The notes under the pieces were generated by a model. That model was not told where the DNA came from. It worked only from the letters and a program-made list of their open reading frames with translations, and ran no database searches. A DNA stretch of 64,000 nucleotides from a virus. Shown here piece by piece: positions 38,901 to 48,956 of the stretch; the first letter of the stretch is position 1; each line of letters starts with the position of its first letter. Where the stretch lies: positions 32,001 to 96,000 of IMG/VR virus record IMGVR_UViG_3300018080_006015; one strand, written 5' to 3'. The position numbers were made by a program, and so were the translations under genes.

Positions 38901-41900
38901 ATATGGTGGTGGTGTTATTCTTTCTGGCACAGGACATGATGAATTTTTCTTGCAAATTAATGATAGTCGTAATGCAGAAACATCTCCGGGAAGCACTGGT
39001 CGTATAATTTATGATGCTTCTATTCAGAGATTTATGATTTCTCAGAACGGATCGGTATATGCTCCAATTGCCACAGATGATGGATATCTTGGTTCTAAGT
39101 GGACGCGAGACGGATCTGTTCTTTATCCAAATTACCCAGCCACTGATTCTGTAGTAATCGGCGGAACATCTTTGGTTTCGGATGAGTCTTTACATGTTAA
39201 TGGGCGACAGATAAATGTTGGAGGAGAGCTTCTTTCTGATGAATCTGCCTTAGAGGTTTCCGGGTCTATAGGACAAACAAGTTCTTCAATAATAAGCTCG
39301 AAAATGGAACGATATGCCGCTTTAAATGCTGGAGATTTTGTTTGCGGCATATCTAGCGACATAAGGACGTTATTGGCAGATGATCCGTTTGCTATAAGAG
39401 CATCATTTGTTGCGTCTGGCGTTTATGGAGATTATGTACCAGCAATAACATCTGCATTTTTAGCAAAACCTGGTGATATTTCTTATGGTAATGTTTTAAC
39501 AGCCTTGGATCAGCATCTAACCATGAACGCCGTAACAAGAGATCCTGGCGATGGTTATCATGTATTTATACACGCAGCTAGTGCTTTCGAAAATGGCGAT
39601 GGCGGTGGGGTGTTTATAAATTCTGGAAACGCTGATGCAACTAGCGCTGGCAGTTATTCTGGGGGACCTATTAGACTTGCGGTTGGTCCATCAGAAGCGT
39701 TGCCTGGTGGAGAGGCTGATGGAGGAGAAATTAGCATACAAACAGGCAGCGGAGTATCAGATGGAGGCGTGTCTGCATATGGTGGGTTGTTTAATATTAG
39801 ATTAGGATCTGGTTCTGGTGCCGGTTATGGCGGTGGTGTATTAATTTCTTCATTAGATGGGTACGACGCATATTTGCAAATGGAATCTGGTGAAAACGCA
39901 CAGGTTTCGGATATTGGTACTGGAAGAATCATATATAATGCTACTACTAATAGATGGGAAGTTTCTGAAGATGGCGGTCCTTATAAACCATTAGTAAGTG
40001 GCGGGAGTGTTGGAGATGGATATTGGTATCGCGATCCTATTGGCGTTTTATATCCCGAAAATGTTGCCGATAATGTGGCTGTAAATGCGACTAGCATGTA
40101 TGATACAGAGGTATTTAGGGCCGCAGGAGATATGGCGGTTGGGGGCGATGTAATATTTGAGTCGCTAGTTGTTGGGCCGTCAATATATCAAGATTCTATT
40201 AGTTCTGGTGGCGCTGAAGCACTAACAATTAGCGCACAAACAACGGATGATGTAGCTGCAAATGGTGGGGACCTTGATCTGTTCGGTGGTAATGGTGGAG
40301 CTACTAGTGGTACGGGCGGTAGTGTTAATATTGCTAGTGGTACTGGTAATAATGACGGAGCTATAAACTTTAAATCGGGCAGTTTTGATCTGTTAAGTTT
40401 TGCAAGTGATGGCGGCACACAATCTCGTATAATTTTTGATAGTGGAGTTAGTGCTGCTAATATTTATGTTGCACAAGAATTTGGTACGGCAAATGGCTGC
40501 GATCTTACAATTTCAGCCCAACCTGGCGCAATTTCAGGGGGTTCTGGCGGTGATTTAAGATTAATTTCTGGGCAACAAACTGGCGGCGGCATAAGTGGAG
40601 ATATTGAGCTGAGATGTGGCTTATTTCCTGTTGCAAGGATATATTCTAATAGTACAATTGCGGGTTTTGTTGCGTTTGATTACTCTATTGGTGATTGTTA
40701 TATTTTACAAGAACAGAGTTCGTCTGGAGATGGCTCTGATTTTTATATTTCGGCTCAGCAGTCATTATCGTCTGGGGACCACGATGGAGGCAAGTTATCA
40801 TTAAGTGCTGGTGATGGATATGGAAACGGAAGTGGCGGAAATGTATTAATACAATCTGGAAATGGTGGGGCTAATGTTTTTGGTTATCCTGGTCAAATTG
40901 AATTTAAAGCCGGATCGCTTGATCTCGCGGTCTTGAGAGAATATAATTTAAGCCCAAATTCTGCTAATTTTGTTTTTGATTCTGAGCTATCAAGTGGTGT
41001 GGTTATTTTTCAGGACACTGCTCCGGTCGGTATGGATGGTGCTGATTTTCTAGTTGGGGCACAAGACGCTGGTGCTGGAGGGTCTAACGGTGGCGATTTA
41101 ATACTATTTTCTGGGCTTGGTAATGTTGCAGATGGCGCAGTTCAAATAAATGCCGGTAATGCTCCAGTTTTCAGAGTAAGCAGAGATAATGGTACATCGT
41201 TAGGACAGATAGAGTTTGATGATAATCTTTCTGGAGTATTAATATCTCAACAAAATCCATCAGTTTCGGGTGATGGGCGTGATATAACAATTCGGGCTCA
41301 AAGTGGTATTGCAGGCTTTGATGGCGGTAATATAGAGATATTGTCAGGAGAGGCTGGTGCAGGTGGTACGGATGGAGATATTATACTTAACGCGGGCAGC
41401 GGAGAAGTATATATACCCGGCAAATTAACTGTAGATGGATATTTAGATCCCTCGGCTGTTATTATAGAAGATAAGGCAACCGGTGATGGTGCCTATTTTG
41501 AGATGTACAATGGTACGGCTGTAGCTGCCCCAGATATTGGTGATAACTTTGCTCGGATACGATATAACAATATATCAAATCAGTTTGAGTCTGCAGTGCC
41601 TGGAGGCAGTTGGCAAGTATTAGGTGGTGGTTCGACCGGTGATGGATATTGGTATAGAGATCCTTTGGGCATTTTATATCCCGAAAATGTTGCTGATAAT
41701 GTTGTTATTGGCGCCGCATCTATGTATGATACAGAGGTGTTTAGAGTAGCGGGAAATACATCTGCTGGTGGGGATATTATATTTGAGTCTTCAGTAACTG
41801 GTCCGTCAATATATCAAGACTCTATTAGCTCAGGAAATGCAGAAACATTAACAATTAGAGCACAATCCACAAGCGACGCGGCAGCAAGTGGTGGCGACTT

Positions 41901-42666
41901 AGATATTTATGCCGGTGCTGCCACAAATATAACGGGTGGTGATGGTGGAAATCTAATACTTCATAGCGGAAATACCGCTGAACCAGGAACAGATAATGGT
42001 TCTATAGATTTGTATAGCGGCAATACAGATCATATGGTTTCGTTTAAGATAGATGGCAGCTACACATTGTTAGAATTTCATCCAGATGTGATGCCCGTTA
42101 TAGTTCAGGAGGACGCTGATTCTGGAGACGGATCCGATCTTGTTATTGTTGCTCAAAGCGCTGCGGAAGATGGAGCAAATAGTGGTGGTAATATTGTAAT
42201 ACAGACTGGTGATGGCTATGATGGCGGAAGTAATGGCATTATAGAGCTTAATGGAAATGTTGAACATAGTTCGGCCGATGTAGTTAGTGGTGTAGCGTTC
42301 GGTATGTCAAATACGACATCTGATGCAAATCCTGTAAGATTATACTTAGACGAATATGATAATGATTTGGTGCTTGAAGATGATTCGGCGTATACTTTTG
42401 ATATTATTGTAACAGCGATAAATACTGGAACAGGAGATGTTGCTTCGTGGCATTTCTATTATTCTGCAAAGCGTTATGGTGGTATTACCTCAGAAGTTAA
42501 TGAGTCGGACAAAACCACGATCAGTGATGAAAGTGGCGGGGTGTGGAGCTGTGATCTGGATGTTAACCAGGCTGTAAACAATGAACTTGATATTGTTTGT
42601 GTCGGAGATGTTGGTGAAAATATCAAGTGGGGCGCAACAGTTAAATTTACCAAAATAAAAATGTAA
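32929..42666 (+). CDS. Giant Gly/Asp-rich repetitive fibre/adhesin-like protein (3245 aa)
   Basis: Single ORF; four GKLTV.G..DP modules, repeated GRIRYN and GDGYW..LYP; about 26 DGY; C-terminal domain ending WGATVKFTKI. Confidence 0.75.
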   Translation: MANGFIYDRSIPQIELIDGYDGTTRVIIDGSENTNSKVYVNAIAGNGLSPVTIDADFGAGVQNQVAVYANVFRSGPITASGAGIGCYLAQIEEHAADDVRSIIAGYLALEPRRSAPHATESVAAFAAFGDSASDNLWDSTLTMYGQDCIINATSMGSGSGPNFAVYTGQGYDGYGGGDAVFTMGYGDIAGGAGGSFIVFPGLGPTSGEHGSAIFWSVDEDQTPVRIRTTVPNFADLTRWENYDGYLLAAVTGDGHFQMTDGAVPGYVLTSDFDGVAYWAPSDGYDGYGYWTLDGNFLYPNFSDYDVVIGDTTTSIPGEKLRVNGDTTIDGRLRVGTATDAVGIGDFSSGMVGTTRLHYNQANESLNLYDNANQQVIQLQAFTPLSTLPYVAVGLGTLFLPGPINPVSPETVRIDSPLSGLRIEDNLGPAGSYIEFGDGQLAAPSQAIGPLGPEARLIYHAGFNSLAVSYAGAPYVPIGGGAPSGWTDDGVVVRLTTINDAVGIGTATPAAGMKLHVVGDTYLECDDFWVGTDGYARMTYSRLQESLTLFDSSDQATILLDAFTNGGYIGIGSTAVMGPSGSEQLNVDGDAYIGGKLTVIGEIDPVSVTIEDKVTFDSAFYEAYDGSNVSPVLLSESRGLLRYNNYTQDWEMSTPNTGGWVSFGGDGYAGYWDLKDGYILHPLDDDFDVTIGTDSVTGTGEKLYVYGRQVIRCDNLPSGSSEALYVEADIQESYQAVINASIRRMTPLDGYYFVTGITSRVNNLAADNIYSASVAFAAAEPDVENPQAVRVAYVVEGNQDTGNFYNVGLAAVDQDLEIGSVRRAPGDGFDVRISAGQGSFDGYGGTLHLSSGGGESTAPGGYDGADIEMYTGNGASTGPFAGAAGNLLIILGNASSDGFVPADGGSCNVELGSAAGIGGNPGRFTITGANGHFSGPMAIFQNQDGYSALEIGVEGWASVGGGFGLANRGDFAAGISGESSVIYFQTDGAMRWNDSGGLSTVTINGNTSFVGIGTDVPFGSESLSVLGDVRIDGEYLRFSKYSPSPKITIENYDLVGAANSLTIRSQIADRLNSIGGDLILGAGDALNLNGTGGDLTITPGRGSNTDGTLYLRDGQGQYGLLVRTSGAYSPNALVDFGAAEVTSSGNPIWNFGTSLATFGGNVQIDGKLTVDGALDPISVTVEDKVAGTGAYYEAYDGSLAGVVNPGDDFGRIRYNDSTGSFELSTPVSGGWVPMTGGGGGGGDGYWSLDGYTLYPDRFNYNVIIGDNLPSGYGEKLAVHGRQTIFGGAIDQAGYSALYVSAECDVIASSVIRAQMDRVNPAPPGQVVSGISSQPQTIVGDSGQSGTFAFFAETPQRYDLDAQCAAYVLFGDESSGDYYDAALLSVDQRMVLSTIRAGSPGDGPNIYLAPCDGYDGYGGDVILQGGSAFCTTTPYSAGGIQLQGGDARSITGSPFPPGSSIDGGGVLIELGEGAEGGSNGIFNVTTPRNTTDDFVIFRDGYDRPVFSVDPYLVDIHTNANVKNDLYVGGKLTVVGEIDPIAVIIESPLNDAYLEFGDGQSAVISTSNTGRIRYNDAEQKFQISINTGDYEDIVTTAYSVWTRDVAGFVYPTSVYDQVVIGGSDPPGTEQLRVSGGDFLMEGDIDFGVNTISPTLSQRQTSGIGTDLNIVAQRTVGDGYNAGSLWLVGGNAPTTGMGSSGGNVIVAPGDGDTEGAFYLRNAALDNMIIALDDNINFTVVGGGSGSVTATGNPTWNFGTSAATFGGDVFIDDQLGVGTITPDANSKVEIEYTQVTNGRSLLIDQTVGAVGVNYGVDVSYTRTNGATPGQMMSAYHTVLANDAADSGVWMAAFHADLPDKLPGNGMFGIVITGDEGATQNYDQALVTINQSCNISTAQFSAGSSYPIRLNTGYPSGDGSSGFLELESLDAVATAPGSAHEAGIIYLIVGDSAAGDGAAIAGSDIRMYTGAAASGIGGGAVDGGDVQLVTGPGDGYGYGGGVILSGTGHDEFFLQINDSRNAETSPGSTGRIIYDASIQRFMISQNGSVYAPIATDDGYLGSKWTRDGSVLYPNYPATDSVVIGGTSLVSDESLHVNGRQINVGGELLSDESALEVSGSIGQTSSSIISSKMERYAALNAGDFVCGISSDIRTLLADDPFAIRASFVASGVYGDYVPAITSAFLAKPGDISYGNVLTALDQHLTMNAVTRDPGDGYHVFIHAASAFENGDGGGVFINSGNADATSAGSYSGGPIRLAVGPSEALPGGEADGGEISIQTGSGVSDGGVSAYGGLFNIRLGSGSGAGYGGGVLISSLDGYDAYLQMESGENAQVSDIGTGRIIYNATTNRWEVSEDGGPYKPLVSGGSVGDGYWYRDPIGVLYPENVADNVAVNATSMYDTEVFRAAGDMAVGGDVIFESLVVGPSIYQDSISSGGAEALTISAQTTDDVAANGGDLDLFGGNGGATSGTGGSVNIASGTGNNDGAINFKSGSFDLLSFASDGGTQSRIIFDSGVSAANIYVAQEFGTANGCDLTISAQPGAISGGSGGDLRLISGQQTGGGISGDIELRCGLFPVARIYSNSTIAGFVAFDYSIGDCYILQEQSSSGDGSDFYISAQQSLSSGDHDGGKLSLSAGDGYGNGSGGNVLIQSGNGGANVFGYPGQIEFKAGSLDLAVLREYNLSPNSANFVFDSELSSGVVIFQDTAPVGMDGADFLVGAQDAGAGGSNGGDLILFSGLGNVADGAVQINAGNAPVFRVSRDNGTSLGQIEFDDNLSGVLISQQNPSVSGDGRDITIRAQSGIAGFDGGNIEILSGEAGAGGTDGDIILNAGSGEVYIPGKLTVDGYLDPSAVIIEDKATGDGAYFEMYNGTAVAAPDIGDNFARIRYNNISNQFESAVPGGSWQVLGGGSTGDGYWYRDPLGILYPENVADNVVIGAASMYDTEVFRVAGNTSAGGDIIFESSVTGPSIYQDSISSGNAETLTIRAQSTSDAAASGGDLDIYAGAATNITGGDGGNLILHSGNTAEPGTDNGSIDLYSGNTDHMVSFKIDGSYTLLEFHPDVMPVIVQEDADSGDGSDLVIVAQSAAEDGANSGGNIVIQTGDGYDGGSNGIIELNGNVEHSSADVVSGVAFGMSNTTSDANPVRLYLDEYDNDLVLEDDSAYTFDIIVTAINTGTGDVASWHFYYSAKRYGGITSEVNESDKTTISDESGGVWSCDLDVNQAVNNELDIVCVGDVGENIKWGATVKFTKIKM
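40015..41900 (+). repeat. Internal diverged duplication (~0.26 kb; copies at ~40015-40280 and ~41640-41900)
   Basis: GDGYWYRDP(I/L)G.LYPENVADNV....SMYDTEVFR.AG....GGD.IFES.V.GPSIYQDSISSG.AE.LTI.AQ occurs twice, with clear nucleotide similarity. Confidence 0.85.
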
Positions 42667-42685
42667 TAAATAAAGAGGTTGAACA

Positions 42686-43924
42686 ATGGGATTTAAGCGA
42701 GATAATGTAATTGGCAGCATAACTCATACAAATGGTATTGTTGTTTTTCCAGATAAAATAACGGTAGGCACAACGTCATTATTGGGCGATGAAACACTAC
42801 GTGTGGATGGTTATGTAACTGTTGGTGGTGCTCTGGTTGATACTTTTATAGAAATGACTGATGGTCAGCTGGTTGATGTTAGTAATCCCAATGAAGGTAG
42901 AATAAGGTATAATGCATCAACACAACATTGGGAAATTTCTTCTAATGGGGGTGCATATCAGGTTATTGATACTAGCGCTGGTGAGTGGACTAGAGTTGGT
43001 GATACTTTGGAACCCAGTACGGCATCAGTAAACACATGGCAGTTTGATGAGACAGCTTTTGGCGAGCCATATATTAAGATTGAGCCAACTAGTTCTGCGC
43101 CGGGTAAGGCTTTAACAGTTATTGCGCAAAATACAAGTGCTGGTAGTTCTGCGGCCGGCGATTTAAGATTATATGGTGGCGAAAGCGCTAATAGTGGTCC
43201 TGGTGGTAATACTACTTTGAAAGGAGGTACGGCAGCGAATGGTACTGGCGGGTATGCACGAGTAGAAGGTGGTAGGGGCGCAACAGGTGACGGTGGTGAT
43301 ATAATAATAATTCCCGGTTCTGGATCTGTTAGTAATGGCGAAATACAAATAAAAGATGCTAATAGTATTGATCAAATTGTTATAGGTAATGATTTAGTTA
43401 ATTTTACAGGTCTGTCTGTTATAGCGGATGGTAATCCAACCTGGGAGTTTGGATCCGGAAACGCTACCTTTGAAGGTAACGTTCTTGTTGAGTCTGATTT
43501 GGAAGTAGAGGGCAAATTAGTTATAGATGGTTATTATGATATGGCGCCTGCTAGAAGCTTGGTGGCTATTGGTCAGACAACCGATACAACCCCAACCGAA
43601 CTTTTAGTTAATCTCGCAGATAGGGTGGTTATACAAGATAATTCTAATTGTTCGTTTTCTTTGTTAGTTTCTGCCAGAAGAGTTGATTCAAATGGCGAAA
43701 ACGCTACATTTATGTTTGAAGGAAATATTCATCGCGATAGCGGAGTGGGAACAACTGTTTTGGATGATTATCAAAAAACTATTGTTCATACCGATGATGC
43801 GGACTGGGATGTAGATATAAGCGCCGATGTAGTAAATGGCGCTCTTAAAATAGAAGTTGTTGGCGAGAACGCAAAAGTCATTATATGGGCAGCAAGAATA
43901 GATACAATGGAAATTGTTTATTAA
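42686..43924 (+). CDS. Modular fibre-like protein (412 aa)
   Basis: N-terminus paralogous to 43992; GRIRYN, GNPTWEFG; C-terminal domain ending WAARIDTMEI. Confidence 0.65.
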   Translation: MGFKRDNVIGSITHTNGIVVFPDKITVGTTSLLGDETLRVDGYVTVGGALVDTFIEMTDGQLVDVSNPNEGRIRYNASTQHWEISSNGGAYQVIDTSAGEWTRVGDTLEPSTASVNTWQFDETAFGEPYIKIEPTSSAPGKALTVIAQNTSAGSSAAGDLRLYGGESANSGPGGNTTLKGGTAANGTGGYARVEGGRGATGDGGDIIIIPGSGSVSNGEIQIKDANSIDQIVIGNDLVNFTGLSVIADGNPTWEFGSGNATFEGNVLVESDLEVEGKLVIDGYYDMAPARSLVAIGQTTDTTPTELLVNLADRVVIQDNSNCSFSLLVSARRVDSNGENATFMFEGNIHRDSGVGTTVLDDYQKTIVHTDDADWDVDISADVVNGALKIEVVGENAKVIIWAARIDTMEIVY

Positions 43925-43991
43925 TTTCCAATTTATGTATCAGAATTAGTGACGCTAATGTGTGGGAATATATTAATGGAGACAATAGGTA

Positions 43992-46900
43992 ATGGGTTTC
44001 ACTAAAAATAATACTGATGGTACTATCATTCATGAAACTGGTGTAGTTTCTTTTCCAGAAAAAATATCTGTTGGTACGGATGTTATCAGAAGTGACGAAA
44101 CCGTTCATATTGATGGATATCTTTTTATAGATAGTGCAGCGAGTGACGCCTGCGTAGAAATGGGCGATGGTTATTTTGCCGATGTTAGTTTGCCTAATGA
44201 GGGTCGTATTAGGTATAATATTGTTACGCAACAGTTTGAGGTGTCTACGGATGGTAACCCCTATGTAGGTATTTCAACTGGTCCTCAGGCTGGTCCTTGG
44301 AATGAGGGTGCTGGAGTAGTATACCCAGATTATGCTGCATGGGACGTGGCTATCGGTGATTCCATTATGTTTGACACCGAAAAGTTGCGAGTTGTAGGTG
44401 ATATCGCCATTCAAGGTGGAATAGTTATTGAGGACTCAGTAGTTGATCCTGCTATTTATCAATATGAGACGGCTGGTGCTGGAAATACTTTATATATAAG
44501 CGCTCAAGAAACTACAACAAATAATCAGACGGCTGGAGATTTACAGCTATTAGGTGGTGATGCTCCGGTACTTGCTGGTGGATCTACTGGCGGAAATGTA
44601 ATTTTAATTCCTGGGGTTGGTGATACTCCTGGTTATACTTCAATCCAAACATCTATTGGTGGCGAGTTGTTTAGGCTGGGATCTGATGGTGTTATTAACT
44701 TTTCAACAAGTGCCACAAGTATAACCGCATCAGGAAATCCAACATTTAATTTTGGCACAAGCCTATCTACATTCGGAGGAGATGTAGATATATCCGGAAA
44801 ACTTACGGTGGATGGATATATCGATCCTGTTGCAATGATTATAGAAAGTGCAGGAAATGATGCGTTCTTAGAGATGGGTGCGGGACAACTTGCTGGAAGA
44901 AGTCAATTAGGAGAGGGTCGAATTAGATATAATGATCTATCTCATCAGTTTGAACTTTCAACAAATAACGATCCTTATGTTGCTATATCTACCGGGGGTT
45001 CTACTAGCCCTTGGACAGAACTGGGTGGCCAAGTATATACTAATAATTCTTCTTGGAATGTTTCGCTCGGCATATCTACCCAATATGATCAAGAAAAATT
45101 GCGAGTCTATGGGGAATCTATTTTTGAAACGGCAGATTTTGATGATGTACCAGTTACAATTAAAGCTGGTCCAGTACAAAACGAGGTTTTGCTTGAGCTT
45201 GTTACTGATACAGAAAACACAATATTTGAAATTGATGGATATGGTGGAGTTTTTTGGGGAGAAGATGTTCCGGCGCCAATCTTAACTCAAGAAACAAATG
45301 CCGGCCCTGGAAATGCAACGAATCTTACAATACAAGCGCAATCTATGGAATCTGGTGGTCTTGGAGATGGCGGATTTCTTATTCTAAAAGGTGGTCTTGG
45401 AGATGGTGTTGGTGGAGCCGCGGGGGCTGTAATTGTAGAGAATGTTGATGCCGGAGCAGTACCGTTTACTATTCAAGGGTCGCCCGGTCAATCAGCTGGC
45501 TATTTTGAAATTAGCGATGGTTACAATATTATTTTTGATGTTGCTGATGATATTTCTGTAGGGTGTGGTGATATTGTTCCTATAAATGCCCCGGGCACAT
45601 TAAGCAACTTGGGCATTTCTGGTGGTGGTGACGAGTGGGGTAGTATATACTTATCGGATGATCAAGAGATAGTATTTGGTACTACACAGGATATCCGGCT
45701 TTATCATAATTCGGCAAGCCATCATCTAGAATTCAATTCTAACGTTGTAAGTGAAACGAATGATGCTTTTCAGTTTTATGCCACAGTAGGTGATGCCAAT
45801 TTTATATCTATTGCAAGTTTAACAGTTACAAGATCTGCCCCGCTAACTGGTGGAAATGTATTTACTGTTTGGGGAGGTGGTGTTGATGGTTATGTGGGCG
45901 ACTCCTCAGATTCAGCTATTGTAGTTTATGGGGCTTTGCCATTAAATACACCATCAGATGCAAATATAATAGGCTTTGCATGTCTTCCATTCGGGATTGA
46001 TTATGATATTGGCTTGTTACTTCCAGATAATGTTCCTATACATTTGGGATCTGATATTTCTTCGGGATCTCAATTATGGCATGATGGGTATGGTGTTGTA
46101 ACAAATAGTAATACGTGGTCATTTGGTGGCGATGTAGATATATCTGGGAAACTAACTGTTGATGGTTATTTAGATCCTCCAGCTGTAATTATCGAAGATA
46201 AGGTTTTTGGTGATGGGGCGTTTTTCGAGATGAAGGATGGTTCAGGTGCTGGTATAAGTTCATCCGATGAGGGTAGAATTCGATATAATCAAGCAGAGCA
46301 AAGATGGGAAATGTCAGCCAATGCTAATCCTTATGAACCAATAGGTGGGGCTAGTACTTCTCCGTGGTCTGAAAATGCTGGCGTTATCTATCCTACGACT
46401 CATGCAACTGATGATGTTGTTATTGGTACGAATGCCATGGTAGGTACTGAAAGATTCTACGTATATGGTGATTCAGCTTTTGGAGCTAGTGCAACGTTTC
46501 CAACTGTAGGATCAATAAGATTGGCGCGAGGTGGTAATAATGGGCTTTATTCTATTGATTCTGGTTCGGCAAATGTTCAATTATTACAGTTTGATTTATC
46601 TGATCAGGTTGTTCTTGGAGGCACAGGGCCAACAGGACCTGCAGATGTTGTAATTCAAGCTGGTGAAGTTTGGTTGTCTGGTGGAATAAATTATTCTACA
46701 TCTAAATTTGAGATGCAGGATGATGAGCTTTATTGGGCAGATAATATTGGTACTCCTCCTGGTGGTCCTTATGTTTATCAAGAGGATAACACAACATCTA
46801 TTGCTAGAAGAGACTTTACAATAATTGCTCAGACCGACAGAATTACAGATGGAACTTCTGGGTGGCTTAAATTGGCAGCAGGAGGCGATACTGGTTATGG

Positions 46901-48938
46901 TGGTGGAATAGGTGGCGATGTAGTTATTTATGGCGGACTATCTGATACTGGTCCAAGTGAGGCTGAAACTGGTGGAGATGTTGTTTTATGTCAAGGAAAT
47001 GGCTACTATACAGGAAAGATTAGATTTACTCAGCCCGCGGCAGCTAGATTGGGGAATCCAGGCGCTGATATTATGGTTATTGATGGTACCACCATTGATA
47101 TGACTGGTGCAACATCTATTTTAGGTCTTCCTGCTGGTGCAACGGCTTGGGAAGATGCTGGAAATACTCTTTATCCCGCAAATAATGAGGATGTTGTAAT
47201 TGGTGGAACAGATGCTGATGGTTACAATTTAAGGGTTGTTGGAGATGCGAAATTTAATAGCGATGTATATATTGATGGTAAACTTACTGTTGATGGATAT
47301 ATTGATCCTATTGGAATTATCCTAGAAGATTATACTGGCGATGGTGCTTTTATACAAATGGCTGACGGTCAAGCTGCAGATGTGAGTTCATCTGATGAGG
47401 GCCGGATAGTTTATAATGCTTCCAATAGTAGATTTGAAATGTCTGTAGATGGAAGTTCTTATCAAGAAATTCCAACAGGCTCTATAGAGTGGACTCGTTC
47501 AAGTGATGTTTTAGAACCATCTACATCATCGGTAAATACATGGCGCTTTGATGTTAATGCTGGGGATGTTGTAATAACTCAAGAAGAAAATCCCGCATTT
47601 AGTTCTTCTGGAGCTATGCTTACAATTAAAGCTCAAGATGCATCTAGTGGTGGTAGTACCGGAGGAATGTTGGCATTAAAACAGGCTGCAGGATGGAGTG
47701 CCGGTGCGGCTGGGCCGATAGAAATACAAGATAGTTCGGGTGCAGAGTTATACACATTTGAAGCCACCGGTCAACTTACCATGGAAGATGATTATGATTT
47801 TGTTCCTGCTACAAGTACTCATGGTCAAATAGGAACAGCATCTTCTAAGTTTAATAATGCTAATTTAAGCGCTTATGCCGCAATTGGTGCCTCAAATCTT
47901 GCTGATGCTGGCGCAGTTAGACTTTCTAATAATACCGGCATATATGGTAGAAATTCTGGAAATTCCGCAAATATACTACTTGTTTCTACTAATGCTACTG
48001 ATGATGTTGTTATCGGTGATTCTTCTACATCTGTTGAGTTAGGTGCGGATTTACATTTCGATGATGATTTTGGACCAAATATTACTCAAAATGATAGAAC
48101 AGGTAATGCTGCTTGGTCTATGGGCATTAAGGCTCAAAGCGTTACTGGTGGTGGAGATTACGCTGGTGGAAGTATTACAATTGAAGGTGGTAATGGTCAA
48201 GGGACTGGATCTGGCGGTGATGTTAATATAACAACAGGAACACCCGGGGCAAGTGGAGCTGCTGGGACAATAGATTTTAGTATAGATTCTACAAAGGTGG
48301 CGTCATTCACTGAGGACGGGACTGGTGAATATGTATTAGAGTTTAATAGATCTAACGATTCTATTATTAGACCTGCAGGAACTTCATCCGCTAATGGTGA
48401 TGATATATACCTACAAGGAGGTACAACTACATTTACAAATGCCGATGGCGGAAATGCTATTATTGATGGTGGTCGCGGAGATGGAACCGGAGATAATGGT
48501 TATGTTGAGTGTCAATCTGGTGGAACGCGCACTCTTCCAATTGGATCGCATACTAGACAAACATTAATTGCTAAACTTGTAAGTATTTCAGGTTCTAGTT
48601 GGGCAAATTTGGGAGACGAGGCTGGTGTCATTGAGTTCGATCCTACCGACTTCCCATCAGCTAAACGAGTTGTTAAATTTGGAGCTGTGTTTAAGAGAGT
48701 AGGTGGTTCTGCTAGCGATATTGTTCACTTACGCTTACGAGAAGTTGGTGGAGCTACATTATCTGGTACGGAAATAACAACAACATCAGATTCTTTAACA
48801 TATGTTGAGGTAACATTAGATGTTGGAACAGATATCCAGAATAGTTCTCAAATATATCGTGTACAAGCTAAGGTAACTGGCGATATTACTGGAGAGGTAG
48901 AAAACGCAGAAATGCGTGTATCTTATGAAACAAGTTAG
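43992..48938 (+). CDS. Large modular fibre/adhesin-like protein (1648 aa)
   Basis: Three GKLTVDGY(I/L)DP modules, four EGRI.YN motifs, distinct C-terminal domain. Confidence 0.7.
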   Translation: MGFTKNNTDGTIIHETGVVSFPEKISVGTDVIRSDETVHIDGYLFIDSAASDACVEMGDGYFADVSLPNEGRIRYNIVTQQFEVSTDGNPYVGISTGPQAGPWNEGAGVVYPDYAAWDVAIGDSIMFDTEKLRVVGDIAIQGGIVIEDSVVDPAIYQYETAGAGNTLYISAQETTTNNQTAGDLQLLGGDAPVLAGGSTGGNVILIPGVGDTPGYTSIQTSIGGELFRLGSDGVINFSTSATSITASGNPTFNFGTSLSTFGGDVDISGKLTVDGYIDPVAMIIESAGNDAFLEMGAGQLAGRSQLGEGRIRYNDLSHQFELSTNNDPYVAISTGGSTSPWTELGGQVYTNNSSWNVSLGISTQYDQEKLRVYGESIFETADFDDVPVTIKAGPVQNEVLLELVTDTENTIFEIDGYGGVFWGEDVPAPILTQETNAGPGNATNLTIQAQSMESGGLGDGGFLILKGGLGDGVGGAAGAVIVENVDAGAVPFTIQGSPGQSAGYFEISDGYNIIFDVADDISVGCGDIVPINAPGTLSNLGISGGGDEWGSIYLSDDQEIVFGTTQDIRLYHNSASHHLEFNSNVVSETNDAFQFYATVGDANFISIASLTVTRSAPLTGGNVFTVWGGGVDGYVGDSSDSAIVVYGALPLNTPSDANIIGFACLPFGIDYDIGLLLPDNVPIHLGSDISSGSQLWHDGYGVVTNSNTWSFGGDVDISGKLTVDGYLDPPAVIIEDKVFGDGAFFEMKDGSGAGISSSDEGRIRYNQAEQRWEMSANANPYEPIGGASTSPWSENAGVIYPTTHATDDVVIGTNAMVGTERFYVYGDSAFGASATFPTVGSIRLARGGNNGLYSIDSGSANVQLLQFDLSDQVVLGGTGPTGPADVVIQAGEVWLSGGINYSTSKFEMQDDELYWADNIGTPPGGPYVYQEDNTTSIARRDFTIIAQTDRITDGTSGWLKLAAGGDTGYGGGIGGDVVIYGGLSDTGPSEAETGGDVVLCQGNGYYTGKIRFTQPAAARLGNPGADIMVIDGTTIDMTGATSILGLPAGATAWEDAGNTLYPANNEDVVIGGTDADGYNLRVVGDAKFNSDVYIDGKLTVDGYIDPIGIILEDYTGDGAFIQMADGQAADVSSSDEGRIVYNASNSRFEMSVDGSSYQEIPTGSIEWTRSSDVLEPSTSSVNTWRFDVNAGDVVITQEENPAFSSSGAMLTIKAQDASSGGSTGGMLALKQAAGWSAGAAGPIEIQDSSGAELYTFEATGQLTMEDDYDFVPATSTHGQIGTASSKFNNANLSAYAAIGASNLADAGAVRLSNNTGIYGRNSGNSANILLVSTNATDDVVIGDSSTSVELGADLHFDDDFGPNITQNDRTGNAAWSMGIKAQSVTGGGDYAGGSITIEGGNGQGTGSGGDVNITTGTPGASGAAGTIDFSIDSTKVASFTEDGTGEYVLEFNRSNDSIIRPAGTSSANGDDIYLQGGTTTFTNADGGNAIIDGGRGDGTGDNGYVECQSGGTRTLPIGSHTRQTLIAKLVSISGSSWANLGDEAGVIEFDPTDFPSAKRVVKFGAVFKRVGGSASDIVHLRLREVGGATLSGTEITTTSDSLTYVEVTLDVGTDIQNSSQIYRVQAKVTGDITGEVENAEMRVSYETS

Positions 48939-48956
48939 TAAAGTTGTGATAAAACT

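Noticed and set aside
40015-41900. Paired repeats as a DGR template/variable region
   Set aside because: Differences are not adenine-specific and many are synonymous, both copies are in-frame coding, and no reverse transcriptase is in the window.
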